The translations under genes were made by a program, and so were the position numbers. Of a DNA stretch of 64,000 nucleotides, positions 49,662 to 58,375 are shown in pieces. Within the stretch, counting starts at the first letter, position 1. Every line of letters begins with the position of its first letter. Under the pieces are notes generated by a model, which was not told the DNA's origin, did not search any database, and was given only the letters and a program-made list of their open reading frames with translations. This stretch comes from Candidatus Lustribacter sp. GTDB taxonomy: Bacteria; Vulcanimicrobiota; Vulcanimicrobiia; Vulcanimicrobiales; Vulcanimicrobiaceae. The stretch lies in NCBI GenBank assembly GCA_965277805.1, contig OZ255842.1, forward strand, positions 2,816,001 through 2,880,000, given 5' to 3'.

Positions 49662-50804
49662 TTAAACGGAGACGCTGAAGAAGCGGTTGAGGTAGCCGTT
49701 CGTGACGTTGGCGTTGTTGATCGTTGCGATCGAAATCTGCTGCTGGATGCGCAGCGAGTTCAGCTCACTCGAGACCGACGGCTCGTTGGTGTCGCCGATG
49801 TCGGAAGCCGAATTCGTCAGGTTGTTCGACGCGATGTTGTTGTTGGCAAACGCGTTCTGCAGCGAGTTCGTCTGCGCGCCGAGCTGTGCCTGACCGGCGC
49901 CGAGCTTCGAGATCGCGTTCTGAATCTGGCCGAGCGAGTTCGTCGCGTTCTGCGGCGTCGAGAAATCGATGTTCGTGATGCCGAGGCCCGTCGTCGTGGC
50001 GTTCGGAATCGAGACTTGCGTCTGCTGGCCCTGGGTCGCGCCGCTCTGGACGCCGATCGTCGGATTGATCGAACCGGCCGCGGCAGCTTGCGTCTGCACC
50101 GTGGCGCCCGTGCCGGTGTCGGCGGTCGTGAAGTTGCCGAACGTCACTTGCGTACCGTTGACCGTGGTGGTCGAGCCGGCCGCGAACGATCCGACGTTCG
50201 TGACTTGCTGCGTCGTCGAATCGGTGAACGTCACGTTGGCGACGGCACCCGAACCCGTGTTCGCGATGGTCACGCCGATCGTACCGCTCGTCGTGGCGGC
50301 CGACGCGGTTGCCGTGGTGACGACGTTGCCGCCGCCGGCGAGAATATCGTCGTTGGTCGTGGTCGCCGATGCGGAGGTCGACGGCGTCGAGCCGGAGTTC
50401 TGCCCGGTGAGCAGCGCGGTGCCGTTGAAGTTCACCGTGCTCGCGTCGCCGTTGATCTGCTGCAGCAGCGCATTCGCCTGGTCCTGAAGGGCCGCGTTGT
50501 CGCTGGGCGAGTTGAACCCGTTGCCGGCCTCGATGGCCAGGTTCTGCAATTGGCCCAGGGCGTTCTGAATGCCGCTGGTCGCGCCTTGCGCGACGTTGAT
50601 CGCGTCGCTGGCCTGACTGATGTTTTGGTTGGCGGTATCGTCGCCTTGCGCTTGGGACTCGAGGGCGTTGTAGATCGCCAAGCCGGACGGGTCGACGGCC
50701 GCGCTCGTTAGCCGGTTTCCGCTCGAAGCTTGATTGGATGCCAACGTCAACTGTTGCTGGTAGTAGGCCAGGGAGTTGAGCGCCGGCCCAGTGCTGATCG
50801 ACAT
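49662..50804 (-). CDS. Flagellin-family protein (divergent, orphan)
   Basis: SSGNRLTSAAVDPSGLAI, NVAQGA, FNG..LL, VQSGA, QLGA..N.L, SDI.DT; GGAGG RBS. Confidence 0.85.
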   Translation of the reverse strand: MSISTGPALNSLAYYQQQLTLASNQASSGNRLTSAAVDPSGLAIYNALESQAQGDDTANQNISQASDAINVAQGATSGIQNALGQLQNLAIEAGNGFNSPSDNAALQDQANALLQQINGDASTVNFNGTALLTGQNSGSTPSTSASATTTNDDILAGGGNVVTTATASAATTSGTIGVTIANTGSGAVANVTFTDSTTQQVTNVGSFAAGSTTTVNGTQVTFGNFTTADTGTGATVQTQAAAAGSINPTIGVQSGATQGQQTQVSIPNATTTGLGITNIDFSTPQNATNSLGQIQNAISKLGAGQAQLGAQTNSLQNAFANNNIASNNLTNSASDIGDTNEPSVSSELNSLRIQQQISIATINNANVTNGYLNRFFSVSV

Positions 50805-50867
50805 GGGGCCCCTCCGTTACTCTCCTACTGTAGCGTATCGAGCGCTCGAGCGGCTACCCCCGGACGC

Positions 50868-51650
50868 TCAACCTTGCGTAATAGTGAGCCCCGGCAAATC
50901 AAGGCTGGCACACAATTCGGCATGGAGGAGCCCGTTGGATCCGGCGATCGACCCCGCGGCCAGGTCGAGGGGCGACCCGTCGATCGCACTAACCCGGCCG
51001 CCCGCCTCTTCGATCAGGAGCGCGCCGGCCGCCACATCCCACGGCTTGAGGTCCCATTCCCAGAAGGCATCGAAGCGGCCGGCGGCCACCATGGCCAGGT
51101 CGAGCGCCGCCGAACCATCCCGGCGTACACCCTGCACCAGGCGCGACATCGCCGCAAAATACCGCCCGTTGCGGTCGTACTGGGCCGGGTTGAAGCCCGT
51201 GCAGATCAGCGCCGACCGCAGCGATGGGGTCGCCGAAACCCGGATCGGCTTCCCGTTGAGGGTCGCCCCGCCACCCCGCCGGGCGGCAAACCGCATCCCC
51301 AAGAGGGGCGCTTCGATCGCCGCCGCTTCGAGCACCCCGCCTCGCTCGTAGGCGATCGAGACGCAGAACATCGGGTAGCGGTGCGCATAATTTGTGGTGC
51401 CGTCGAGGGGGTCGACGATGAACCGCTCGTCACTCGTCCCGGCGTAAACGCCGCCCTCTTCACCGAGAATGGCGGCGTCCGGAAAGGCGGTCCGGACCGC
51501 CGCCACGATCGCAGCTTCACTGGCCCGATCCGCTTCGGTCACGATATCGCGGGGGTTCTTCTCCACCACCTCGTGGACATCGTCGAAGCGCTCGCGCAAC
51601 AGCTCAGCTGCGTGATGGGCGAGGCCGGTGACGAAATCGAGCGGGTCCAC
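50868..51650 (-). CDS. suhB: Inositol monophosphatase family (SuhB)
   Basis: VTEAD, ILGEE, DPLDGTTNY, GSAALDL, LKPWDVAAG. Confidence 0.92.
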   Translation of the reverse strand: MDPLDFVTGLAHHAAELLRERFDDVHEVVEKNPRDIVTEADRASEAAIVAAVRTAFPDAAILGEEGGVYAGTSDERFIVDPLDGTTNYAHRYPMFCVSIAYERGGVLEAAAIEAPLLGMRFAARRGGGATLNGKPIRVSATPSLRSALICTGFNPAQYDRNGRYFAAMSRLVQGVRRDGSAALDLAMVAAGRFDAFWEWDLKPWDVAAGALLIEEAGGRVSAIDGSPLDLAAGSIAGSNGLLHAELCASLDLPGLTITQG

Positions 51651-51678
51651 ACTTCTCCTATTCGGAACACGTCGGCTG

Positions 51679-52149
51679 ATGTTTCGAAGAGCGTATCGGA
51701 CCCGGCTCGATCGCATCCTCGCCGCGGTCGAGATTCCCGCGATCGGCCTGTGGGTCGGAGCACTCTGCGGCTTCGCGTTCATTTCCGCACCGGCCGCGTT
51801 CCGGATCGTCAGCGACATCACGCAGTTCGCAGACCTCACCGCGACCAACCTGCGCGTCCTCGGGTACGTGGGCGCGATCTGCGGCGGGATCGCGATCGTC
51901 GTCGCGCTCGTGCGCTCGTTCGACGCGTCCGATCGCACCAACGACATCGTTCGGGCCGCGCTGATTTTGGTCGCGCTGCTGCTGGTGGCGTACGAAAGCT
52001 TCGCGGTCGTGCCGGCGCTCGCCGCGATGACCGACGTGCACTCGGCCGATTTTGCCGAACTGCACCAGCGCTCGACGCAGGTCTACGGCGGCGTCGTCGT
52101 GTTGGCGCTGGCGGCGCTCGTCCTGGCGGCCGTCCGGGGAGACGCGTAG
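51679..52149 (+). CDS. DUF4149/TMEM205-like membrane protein
   Basis: GLWVG.....FI.APAAF and F..LH..S pattern, 4 TMs. Confidence 0.75.
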   Translation: MFRRAYRTRLDRILAAVEIPAIGLWVGALCGFAFISAPAAFRIVSDITQFADLTATNLRVLGYVGAICGGIAIVVALVRSFDASDRTNDIVRAALILVALLLVAYESFAVVPALAAMTDVHSADFAELHQRSTQVYGGVVVLALAALVLAAVRGDA

Positions 52150-52158
52150 CGATCCGCC

Positions 52159-53454
52159 ATGGCGTTCCACGATGGGTTTCTCTCCGAGATGATCGGACGC
52201 ACGGCCGTGGTCGACACCGCCGGCCGGCGCCTTGCCGTCGGCCGCATCATGGATTTTGTGGTCGAACACCCCGACGATACGTTCCCCAAGATCGATGCGC
52301 TGGTCATCAAGAGCAGCAGCGGCAAGCATCTCGCGCCGATCGGCAGCATCCTCGACTTCGAATCCGACGGCAAGCTGATCTTGAGCGAGGTTCCCTCGCG
52401 CGTCGCGCCGCCCGACGATGAGGCGCTCTATCTCGTTGAGGATCTCTTCGACAAACAGATCGTCGACGTCGACGGCCGCAAGGTCGTGCGCATCAACGAT
52501 ATCGAGGTCGCGCGCACCGGCGGCGCGCTGCGCGTCGTCGCGGCCGACATCGGTTTCGGCGGCATCGTGCGGCGTCTGGGCGGCGGAAGTTTCGGCCGCA
52601 ATCTCGGCGACCGCCTACCGCGCACGCTGATCGCCTGGGATAACGTCGCGCCCCTGCACGACCTCAACCCTACGCAGATCCAGCTCTCGGTTTCCGATTC
52701 GCGCCTCGCGCGCTTGCACCCGAGCGACCTGGCGGAGATCATCGGCGATCTCTCGGCCCGCGATGCCGCGCGCGTCGTCGCCTCACTCGATGACGAAACG
52801 GCTGCCGACGCGCTCGAGCATCTCGATGCCGAGACCCAGCGCTCGATCATCGACGATCTCGGTCACGTCCGCGCCGCCGACATCATCGAGGAGATGGATT
52901 CGGACGACGCCGCCGATTTGCTCGGCGATCTTCCGCCCGAACAGCAAGAGCAGCTGCTGCGCGAGATGGACGCCGAAACGGCCGAAGATCTGCGCGAGCT
53001 CGTCGCCTACGACGAAGGCACCGCGGGCGGTTTGATGACGACCGACTACATGTGGATTTACCCGCACCGCACCGTCGCCGCCACGATTGCCAAGATTCGC
53101 GAACTCGCGCCCGAGACCGAATTCATCTATTATCTCTACGTGACCGACGAAACGGAGAAGCTGCTCGGCGTGCTTTCGCTGCGCACGCTCCTGCTGTCCG
53201 CGCCCGACGATCTGATCCACACCGTCATGACCGGCGACGTGGTCGGCGTCCATCCCGACGTCAAGGCGACCGAAGTCGCGTCGACGATCGCTCGCTACGA
53301 TCTGCTCGCGTGTCCCGTGCTCGACGAAGAGGGCAAGATGCTCGGCATCGTGACCGTCGACGACGCGATCGACGCGATCATTCCCGAGCGGCTCAAGAAA
53401 CAGCTTCCGCGCTTCACCAAGCGCCATCGGCACGAGCGCATCGAGCACGTCTAG
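52159..53454 (+). CDS. Soluble MgtE-cytoplasmic-domain protein (PRC-like barrels, MgtE_N, CBS pair)
   Basis: DKQIVD.DGRKVVRIND, LHPSDLAEII, MDSDDAADLL, TAGGLMTT, GIVTVDD; no TM domain. Confidence 0.88.
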   Translation: MAFHDGFLSEMIGRTAVVDTAGRRLAVGRIMDFVVEHPDDTFPKIDALVIKSSSGKHLAPIGSILDFESDGKLILSEVPSRVAPPDDEALYLVEDLFDKQIVDVDGRKVVRINDIEVARTGGALRVVAADIGFGGIVRRLGGGSFGRNLGDRLPRTLIAWDNVAPLHDLNPTQIQLSVSDSRLARLHPSDLAEIIGDLSARDAARVVASLDDETAADALEHLDAETQRSIIDDLGHVRAADIIEEMDSDDAADLLGDLPPEQQEQLLREMDAETAEDLRELVAYDEGTAGGLMTTDYMWIYPHRTVAATIAKIRELAPETEFIYYLYVTDETEKLLGVLSLRTLLLSAPDDLIHTVMTGDVVGVHPDVKATEVASTIARYDLLACPVLDEEGKMLGIVTVDDAIDAIIPERLKKQLPRFTKRHRHERIEHV

Positions 53455-53457
53455 CGC

Positions 53458-54729
53458 ATGAACATACGCCGCTGGTGGCGCCGGGCGCTGATCATTTTTG
53501 CTGTGCTCGGGCCCGGCTTCGTCACGGCCTCCGCCGGCAACGACGTCGGCGGCATCGCCACCTACTCCGCCGCGGGCGCAAAGTTCGGCTACATCGTGCT
53601 GTGGACGCTGGTGCCGCTCACGGTCTCGCTGATCGTCGTCCAAGAGATGGCCGGCCGGATGGGCGCGGTGACGGGTCAGGGCTTAGCCGGATTGATTCGC
53701 GAGAACTTCGGCATCCGGCTGACGTTCATCGCGATGGCCGCGCTCTTCTTCATCAACACCGGGATCACGGCGACAGAATTTGCCGGTATCGCTGCGTGGG
53801 CGCAGATCCTGCACCTCTCGCGCTACATCGTCGTCCCGTTGGCCACGGTCGTCGTTTTTTTGCTCGTGCTGCGCTTGAGCAACAAGATCGTCGAGCGCGT
53901 CTTCGTCGTGTTCTCGCTGATCTACCTGAGTTACGTCGTTTCCGGCATCGACGCGAAGCCGGATTGGGGCGCCGTCATCCACGGCACGCTCGTCCCGACG
54001 TTCTCGCCGGAAACGGGTTTTCTCGTAACCGTCGTGGGTTTGATCGGCACGACGATCTCGCCGTACATGCAGTTCTTCTTGCAATCGGCCGTCGTCGACA
54101 AAGGCTCCGGGCCGCGCGACCTCTTCAACGTCCGCGCCGACATCTTCGTCGGCTCGATCCTCGGCATCGCGATCGCCGGGTTCATGATCATCGCGAACGC
54201 CGCGACCATCCATCACGCCTCGCTGATCAACCACAAGCCGCCGCTCGATATCGACACCGCACAAGCGGTCGATTTCGCCCGCGCGCTGGAGCCGCTGGCC
54301 GGCAAATTCGCCGCCGACCTATTCGCCTTCGGCATCCTCAACGCAGGCCTGTTCACGGCCACGGTGCTGCCGCTCGCGACGGCGTTCATCATCTGCGAAG
54401 CGTTCGGGCTCGAAGCCGCAGTCGACCGGCGCTGGCACGAAGCGCCGTTCTTCTACGGCCTCTTCGCGAGCGGCATCGTCCTCGGCGCGGGGCTCGTGCT
54501 GCTGCTGCCGGCCGACAAGCTCTTTCAGTTCACGTTCTACGCGCAGGTGATGCAAGGCGCGGTGCTGCCGCTGGAGCTCGTCCTGATGCTGATCATCATC
54601 AACCGCAAGCGGGTCATGGGCAAATACGTGAACACGCGGACCGTGAACGTCATCGCCTGGGCCACCGCGATCGTCATCGGCGGCCTCGCGATCGTCTACG
54701 TGGCCCAGTCGGTCTTCGGCCTAGGCTAG
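53458..54729 (+). CDS. Nramp-related divalent cation transporter (probable Mg2+-type NRMT)
   Basis: TM1 GNDVGGIATYS (vs DPGN) and TM6 GTTISPY (vs GATIMPH). Confidence 0.85.
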   Translation: MNIRRWWRRALIIFAVLGPGFVTASAGNDVGGIATYSAAGAKFGYIVLWTLVPLTVSLIVVQEMAGRMGAVTGQGLAGLIRENFGIRLTFIAMAALFFINTGITATEFAGIAAWAQILHLSRYIVVPLATVVVFLLVLRLSNKIVERVFVVFSLIYLSYVVSGIDAKPDWGAVIHGTLVPTFSPETGFLVTVVGLIGTTISPYMQFFLQSAVVDKGSGPRDLFNVRADIFVGSILGIAIAGFMIIANAATIHHASLINHKPPLDIDTAQAVDFARALEPLAGKFAADLFAFGILNAGLFTATVLPLATAFIICEAFGLEAAVDRRWHEAPFFYGLFASGIVLGAGLVLLLPADKLFQFTFYAQVMQGAVLPLELVLMLIIINRKRVMGKYVNTRTVNVIAWATAIVIGGLAIVYVAQSVFGLG

Positions 54730-55058
54730 GCGCCGAGCCGCATGCCCACGGCTCCGATATAAGCGGCCAGCAAGATCATCGCGCTCGAGAGGATCGTCAG
54801 GACGAGGACGTTCTGACGCGAGTCGGGCTGGCGGCTCATGACGTTGGCCCCCATGTATCCGGCCCATCCCACGACAGCCAGCACGTAGTGCGGCGTGGGC
54901 GCGCGGTGGCCCAAAACGAGCAGTACGAGCCCGAGCAAGATCTGGAGCGAGAGAATGTAGAGCGTGATCCGCCGGCCCAATCTGAACCACACAAACAGGG
55001 CTGCGCACGCGGCAACGAGGATACCTAGCCACAAGTGCACGACGAGAACGCTGTCCAT
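54726..55058 (-). CDS. Small four-TM membrane protein
   Basis: 110 aa, hydrophobic, His in helices 1 and 3. Confidence 0.7.
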   Translation of the reverse strand: MDSVLVVHLWLGILVAACAALFVWFRLGRRITLYILSLQILLGLVLLVLGHRAPTPHYVLAVVGWAGYMGANVMSRQPDSRQNVLVLTILSSAMILLAAYIGAVGMRLGA

Positions 55059-55091
55059 ACCCGGCGGGTTCGCCGCGATGGGGTTGATGCT

Positions 55092-56273
55092 TTGCTGAGC
55101 TACGCGGAAGCGCTGGCTCGCATCGCGGCGACCGGTGGCGGCGCGCAAGCGCTGGCCTCCCAACTGTCAACGGCCATCGACGCCGGGGTCCTAGTCGAAG
55201 ACGCCGAGTGGAAGCACCTGGGGCTGGCCGCCGGCAAGGATCAGGCCGTTCCGCCTTCGGTACGCAACCTGCTGCCCGATACGTTCGAGGGTGAATCCGA
55301 AGACGGCGTGGCGCTCCAGCCGCCGGCCGACGCGCGCAGCCGGGCCTTTCCGATTCGCGCCGGCGGTGCGCGCTTGGGCTGGCTCTCGATCTTCCCGCGC
55401 TCCGGAACCGTGGCCGAGCGGCGGCCGCTGGTGCGGCTGACGACGGCCCAAATCGCAATCGAGCTTTCGCGCGACGCCGGCGGCGGGCGCGGACGGCGGC
55501 GTTCGTTCTGGGACCGCCTGCTCTCGCGCGCCTACGACGATCCGCTCGAGGCCCGCGAGGACGCGCATGCCCGCGGCATCACGCTGGCGCCCGGCTACGT
55601 TGCGGTGGCGGTCGAGGGCGAAGGCCTCGACGAAAACGTCGCCGCGCAAAAGAACGCCGAACTGCGGCGCGTCTGTCTCGACGTCCTCGGCACGCGCAAC
55701 GGCGAAGTCGTCGTCATCGAACGCGGCGGCGGCTTCTTCTTCCTCGTTCCGGCCGCGCTCGACATCGATGCATCGAACGCGCGCACGGCCGCGACGCTGA
55801 TCCCGCGCGGCATCTCGCGTGCCGGCATCGACGTGAACGTCGTGGGCGGGATCGGCCGGCATGCCGAGATGCTGCACGTTGCCCGTTCGGTCGACGAGGC
55901 CCGCGAAGCCACGACGATCGCGCGCCGCATGTTCGGCGGCGGCAAGGTCATGCCGTATGAAGACCTCGGCATCTATCCGCTGCTGCACCGCGGCGGCGCG
56001 CAACGCGAGGAATGGAAGGCGTTCGCCGAACGCGTCCTCGAGCCGTTACGCGCGTATGACGAGAAACATCAAACCGAATTGGTGCGGACGCTTCGCCTCT
56101 TCTTCGACGTGGGACAAAATATCAAGGTGGCTGCAGCCCAACTGAACGTGCACCGGCACACCGTTTTCTATCGCCTGCGTCAGATCGGTGAGATCGGACG
56201 CCTGGACCTCGACAGCCCACACGATCAACTCACGTTGCGTGCGGCCATCGCCATCGATGCTCTCGGCAGTTAA
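55092..56273 (+). CDS. PucR/CdaR-family transcriptional regulator
   Basis: GGIG..S..EA, YEDLGIYPLL, L.PL..YD..H.TEL..TL, AA.QL.VHRHTV.YRL. Confidence 0.9.
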   Translation: MLSYAEALARIAATGGGAQALASQLSTAIDAGVLVEDAEWKHLGLAAGKDQAVPPSVRNLLPDTFEGESEDGVALQPPADARSRAFPIRAGGARLGWLSIFPRSGTVAERRPLVRLTTAQIAIELSRDAGGGRGRRRSFWDRLLSRAYDDPLEAREDAHARGITLAPGYVAVAVEGEGLDENVAAQKNAELRRVCLDVLGTRNGEVVVIERGGGFFFLVPAALDIDASNARTAATLIPRGISRAGIDVNVVGGIGRHAEMLHVARSVDEAREATTIARRMFGGGKVMPYEDLGIYPLLHRGGAQREEWKAFAERVLEPLRAYDEKHQTELVRTLRLFFDVGQNIKVAAAQLNVHRHTVFYRLRQIGEIGRLDLDSPHDQLTLRAAIAIDALGS

Positions 56274-57570
56274 GGACGCGGGCAACGTGCGCCGCGACAT
56301 CATAAAAACCGCGCGCGACCGCGGGGTGAAGTGGATTCGCCTCGCGTTCGTCGATATCGCGGGCATCGAGAAGAACATCACGATCCCGGTCAGCGAACTC
56401 GAACGTGCGATGAACGGCCGCGTGACGTTCGACGGCGGCTCGATCGACGGGTTCATCCGCGAGGAAGAACTCGACATGTTGCTGCGGCCGGATCCGGCCA
56501 CGTTTGCGATCTTGCCTTGGACGCTCGATACCGGCGCACCCGAAGCGCGCATGCTGTGCGACATCCTGATGCCCGACGGCACGCCGTTCGAGGGCTGCCC
56601 GCGCAGCACGCTCAAGCGCGTGATCGACGACGCCGAAGACGTGATGCGCGACGTCAAGACGGCGCTCGAAGTCGAGTTCTACCTCTTCGAGCGCGACGCC
56701 AACGGCATCCCGACGACGCGCACGGTCGACGCCGGTTCGTACTTCGACTACTCGCCGTCCGATCGCGGCGACGACGCGCGCACCGCGATGGCGGCCGCGC
56801 TCGAAACGATGGGCATCGGGGTGTTGAGCGCGCACCACGAACACGGCGCCGGACAGCACGAACTCGACCTCTCCGCGGGCGGCGTGCTCGGCACGGCCGA
56901 TCGTCTCGTCACCGTGCGCAGCGTGGTCAAACAGATCGCAGCCCGGCACAACATTCACGCGACGTTCATGCCCAAACCGATCGAGTCGTCGGCCGGCAGC
57001 GGCTTGCACGTCTACGTGGGCCTGGGCGAAATCGACGAGGTCGTGCGCTTGCACGCGATCGCGGGCTTGCTCGACCATGCCGCGGGCTTCACCGCGGTCT
57101 GCAACCCGACGGTGAATTCGTACAAGCGTTTGATGCCGGCCTGGGACGCGCCGGTGTACACGGTGTGGTCGCAACGCAGCGCCAACGCGCTCGTGCGCGT
57201 GCCGCCGCCGATCGACGGCCCGCCGCTGCTCGAGATTCGTAGCCCCGACTCCGCGTGCAATCCTTATCTGGCGCTGGCGGTGCTCATCGAAGCGGCCGCC
57301 GACGGCATCCGCTCGCGCACGCTGCCCGGCGATCCGTTCACCGGCTCGACCTACGAACTGCGCGAAAAGTATCGCAAGGATCACGGCATTCGCACGCTGC
57401 CGCATTCGCTTGGCGAAGCGATCGACGCGCTCGACAAGGATCTCGTGATGCGCGGCGCGCTCGGCGATCATATCTATCATGCTTTCCGCGACGCGAAGCT
57501 CGCCGAGTTCGAACGCTATCGCCTTGCGGTTCACCCGTGGGAGCACCAGGAGTATCTTCGTAAATTCTAA
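56257..57570 (+). CDS. Glutamine synthetase (GSI-alpha) homolog with altered active site
   Basis: Colinear with Bacillus-type GlnA (EVEFYLF, HHE..GQHE, TFMPKP, NSYKRL, NPYLA) but several catalytic residues substituted. Confidence 0.88.
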   Translation: MLSAVKDAGNVRRDIIKTARDRGVKWIRLAFVDIAGIEKNITIPVSELERAMNGRVTFDGGSIDGFIREEELDMLLRPDPATFAILPWTLDTGAPEARMLCDILMPDGTPFEGCPRSTLKRVIDDAEDVMRDVKTALEVEFYLFERDANGIPTTRTVDAGSYFDYSPSDRGDDARTAMAAALETMGIGVLSAHHEHGAGQHELDLSAGGVLGTADRLVTVRSVVKQIAARHNIHATFMPKPIESSAGSGLHVYVGLGEIDEVVRLHAIAGLLDHAAGFTAVCNPTVNSYKRLMPAWDAPVYTVWSQRSANALVRVPPPIDGPPLLEIRSPDSACNPYLALAVLIEAAADGIRSRTLPGDPFTGSTYELREKYRKDHGIRTLPHSLGEAIDALDKDLVMRGALGDHIYHAFRDAKLAEFERYRLAVHPWEHQEYLRKF

Positions 57571-57589
57571 CGCCGGCGCCGCGGCGCTA

Positions 57590-58369
57590 TTGCGCGAGCG
57601 GGCCGGCGGTGACATCGCCTGCGCGATCGTGCTCGGCAGCGGTTTGGCGCGCGCCCTGCGCGGCGTCCGCACGCTCAGCCCGATCGGTTACGATGCGCTC
57701 GGCGGGCTGCCGGCGCCCAGCGCGCTCGGACACGTCGGCGAAGCGCTGACCGGGACGCTCGGTGGAAAGCGCGTCGTCACATTTTGCGGCCGCTACCATC
57801 TCTACGAAGGCCGCACGACCGATGAGGTCGTGAGCTTGGTGGCACTGGCCATTGCCGCCGGCGCGCGCACCGTGATCCTCACCAACGCCGCCGGCGGACT
57901 CAACCGGACTTTCGAAGCGGGCGACGTGATGCTGTTGCGCGATCACCTCAACCTCACCGGCATGAACCCGCTCGCGGCCAAGACATTACCGCCCGGCGTC
58001 ACCGAGCGTTTCGTCAACATGAGCGACGCCTATGCGGAAGACTTACGCGTCGTCGCGAAGGTCGCGTGCGAGCGAGCGGGCCTGCGCGCGCACGAAGGCG
58101 TGTACGGCGGATTGCTCGGGCCGTCGTATGAAACGCCGGCCGAAGTCGCGATGCTGCGGCTGCTCGGCGCCGATGCCGTCGGCATGTCGACGGTGCTCGA
58201 AACGATCTACGCCCGTTCGTACGGCGTGCGCGTGCTCGGCATCAGCCTGATCACCAACGTTCACGACGGCGCGCCGACGACGTCGGAAGAGGTCATGTTC
58301 GAAGCCGATCGCGCGTCGGCCAAGTTTGCGACGATGCTCGCGACGGTCGTGTCCGAACTCGCGGCGTAA
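57590..58369 (+). CDS. punA: Purine-nucleoside phosphorylase (start uncertain)
   Basis: IVLGSG, GR.H.YEG, LTNAAGG, GPSYETPAE, VGMST, SLITN. Confidence 0.9.
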   Translation: MRERAGGDIACAIVLGSGLARALRGVRTLSPIGYDALGGLPAPSALGHVGEALTGTLGGKRVVTFCGRYHLYEGRTTDEVVSLVALAIAAGARTVILTNAAGGLNRTFEAGDVMLLRDHLNLTGMNPLAAKTLPPGVTERFVNMSDAYAEDLRVVAKVACERAGLRAHEGVYGGLLGPSYETPAEVAMLRLLGADAVGMSTVLETIYARSYGVRVLGISLITNVHDGAPTTSEEVMFEADRASAKFATMLATVVSELAA

Positions 58370-58375
58370 CGAGAC

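Noticed and set aside
50834-50862. Sigma28 promoter for the flagellin (CTCGATAC)
   Set aside because: Only a partial -10 match, with no TAAA at the -35 position.
50730-52421. Long alternative-frame and antisense ORFs here and elsewhere (e.g. 20817-22568, 53052-55028)
   Set aside because: Expected stop-codon scarcity in high-GC DNA; they overlap well-supported genes and have no motifs.
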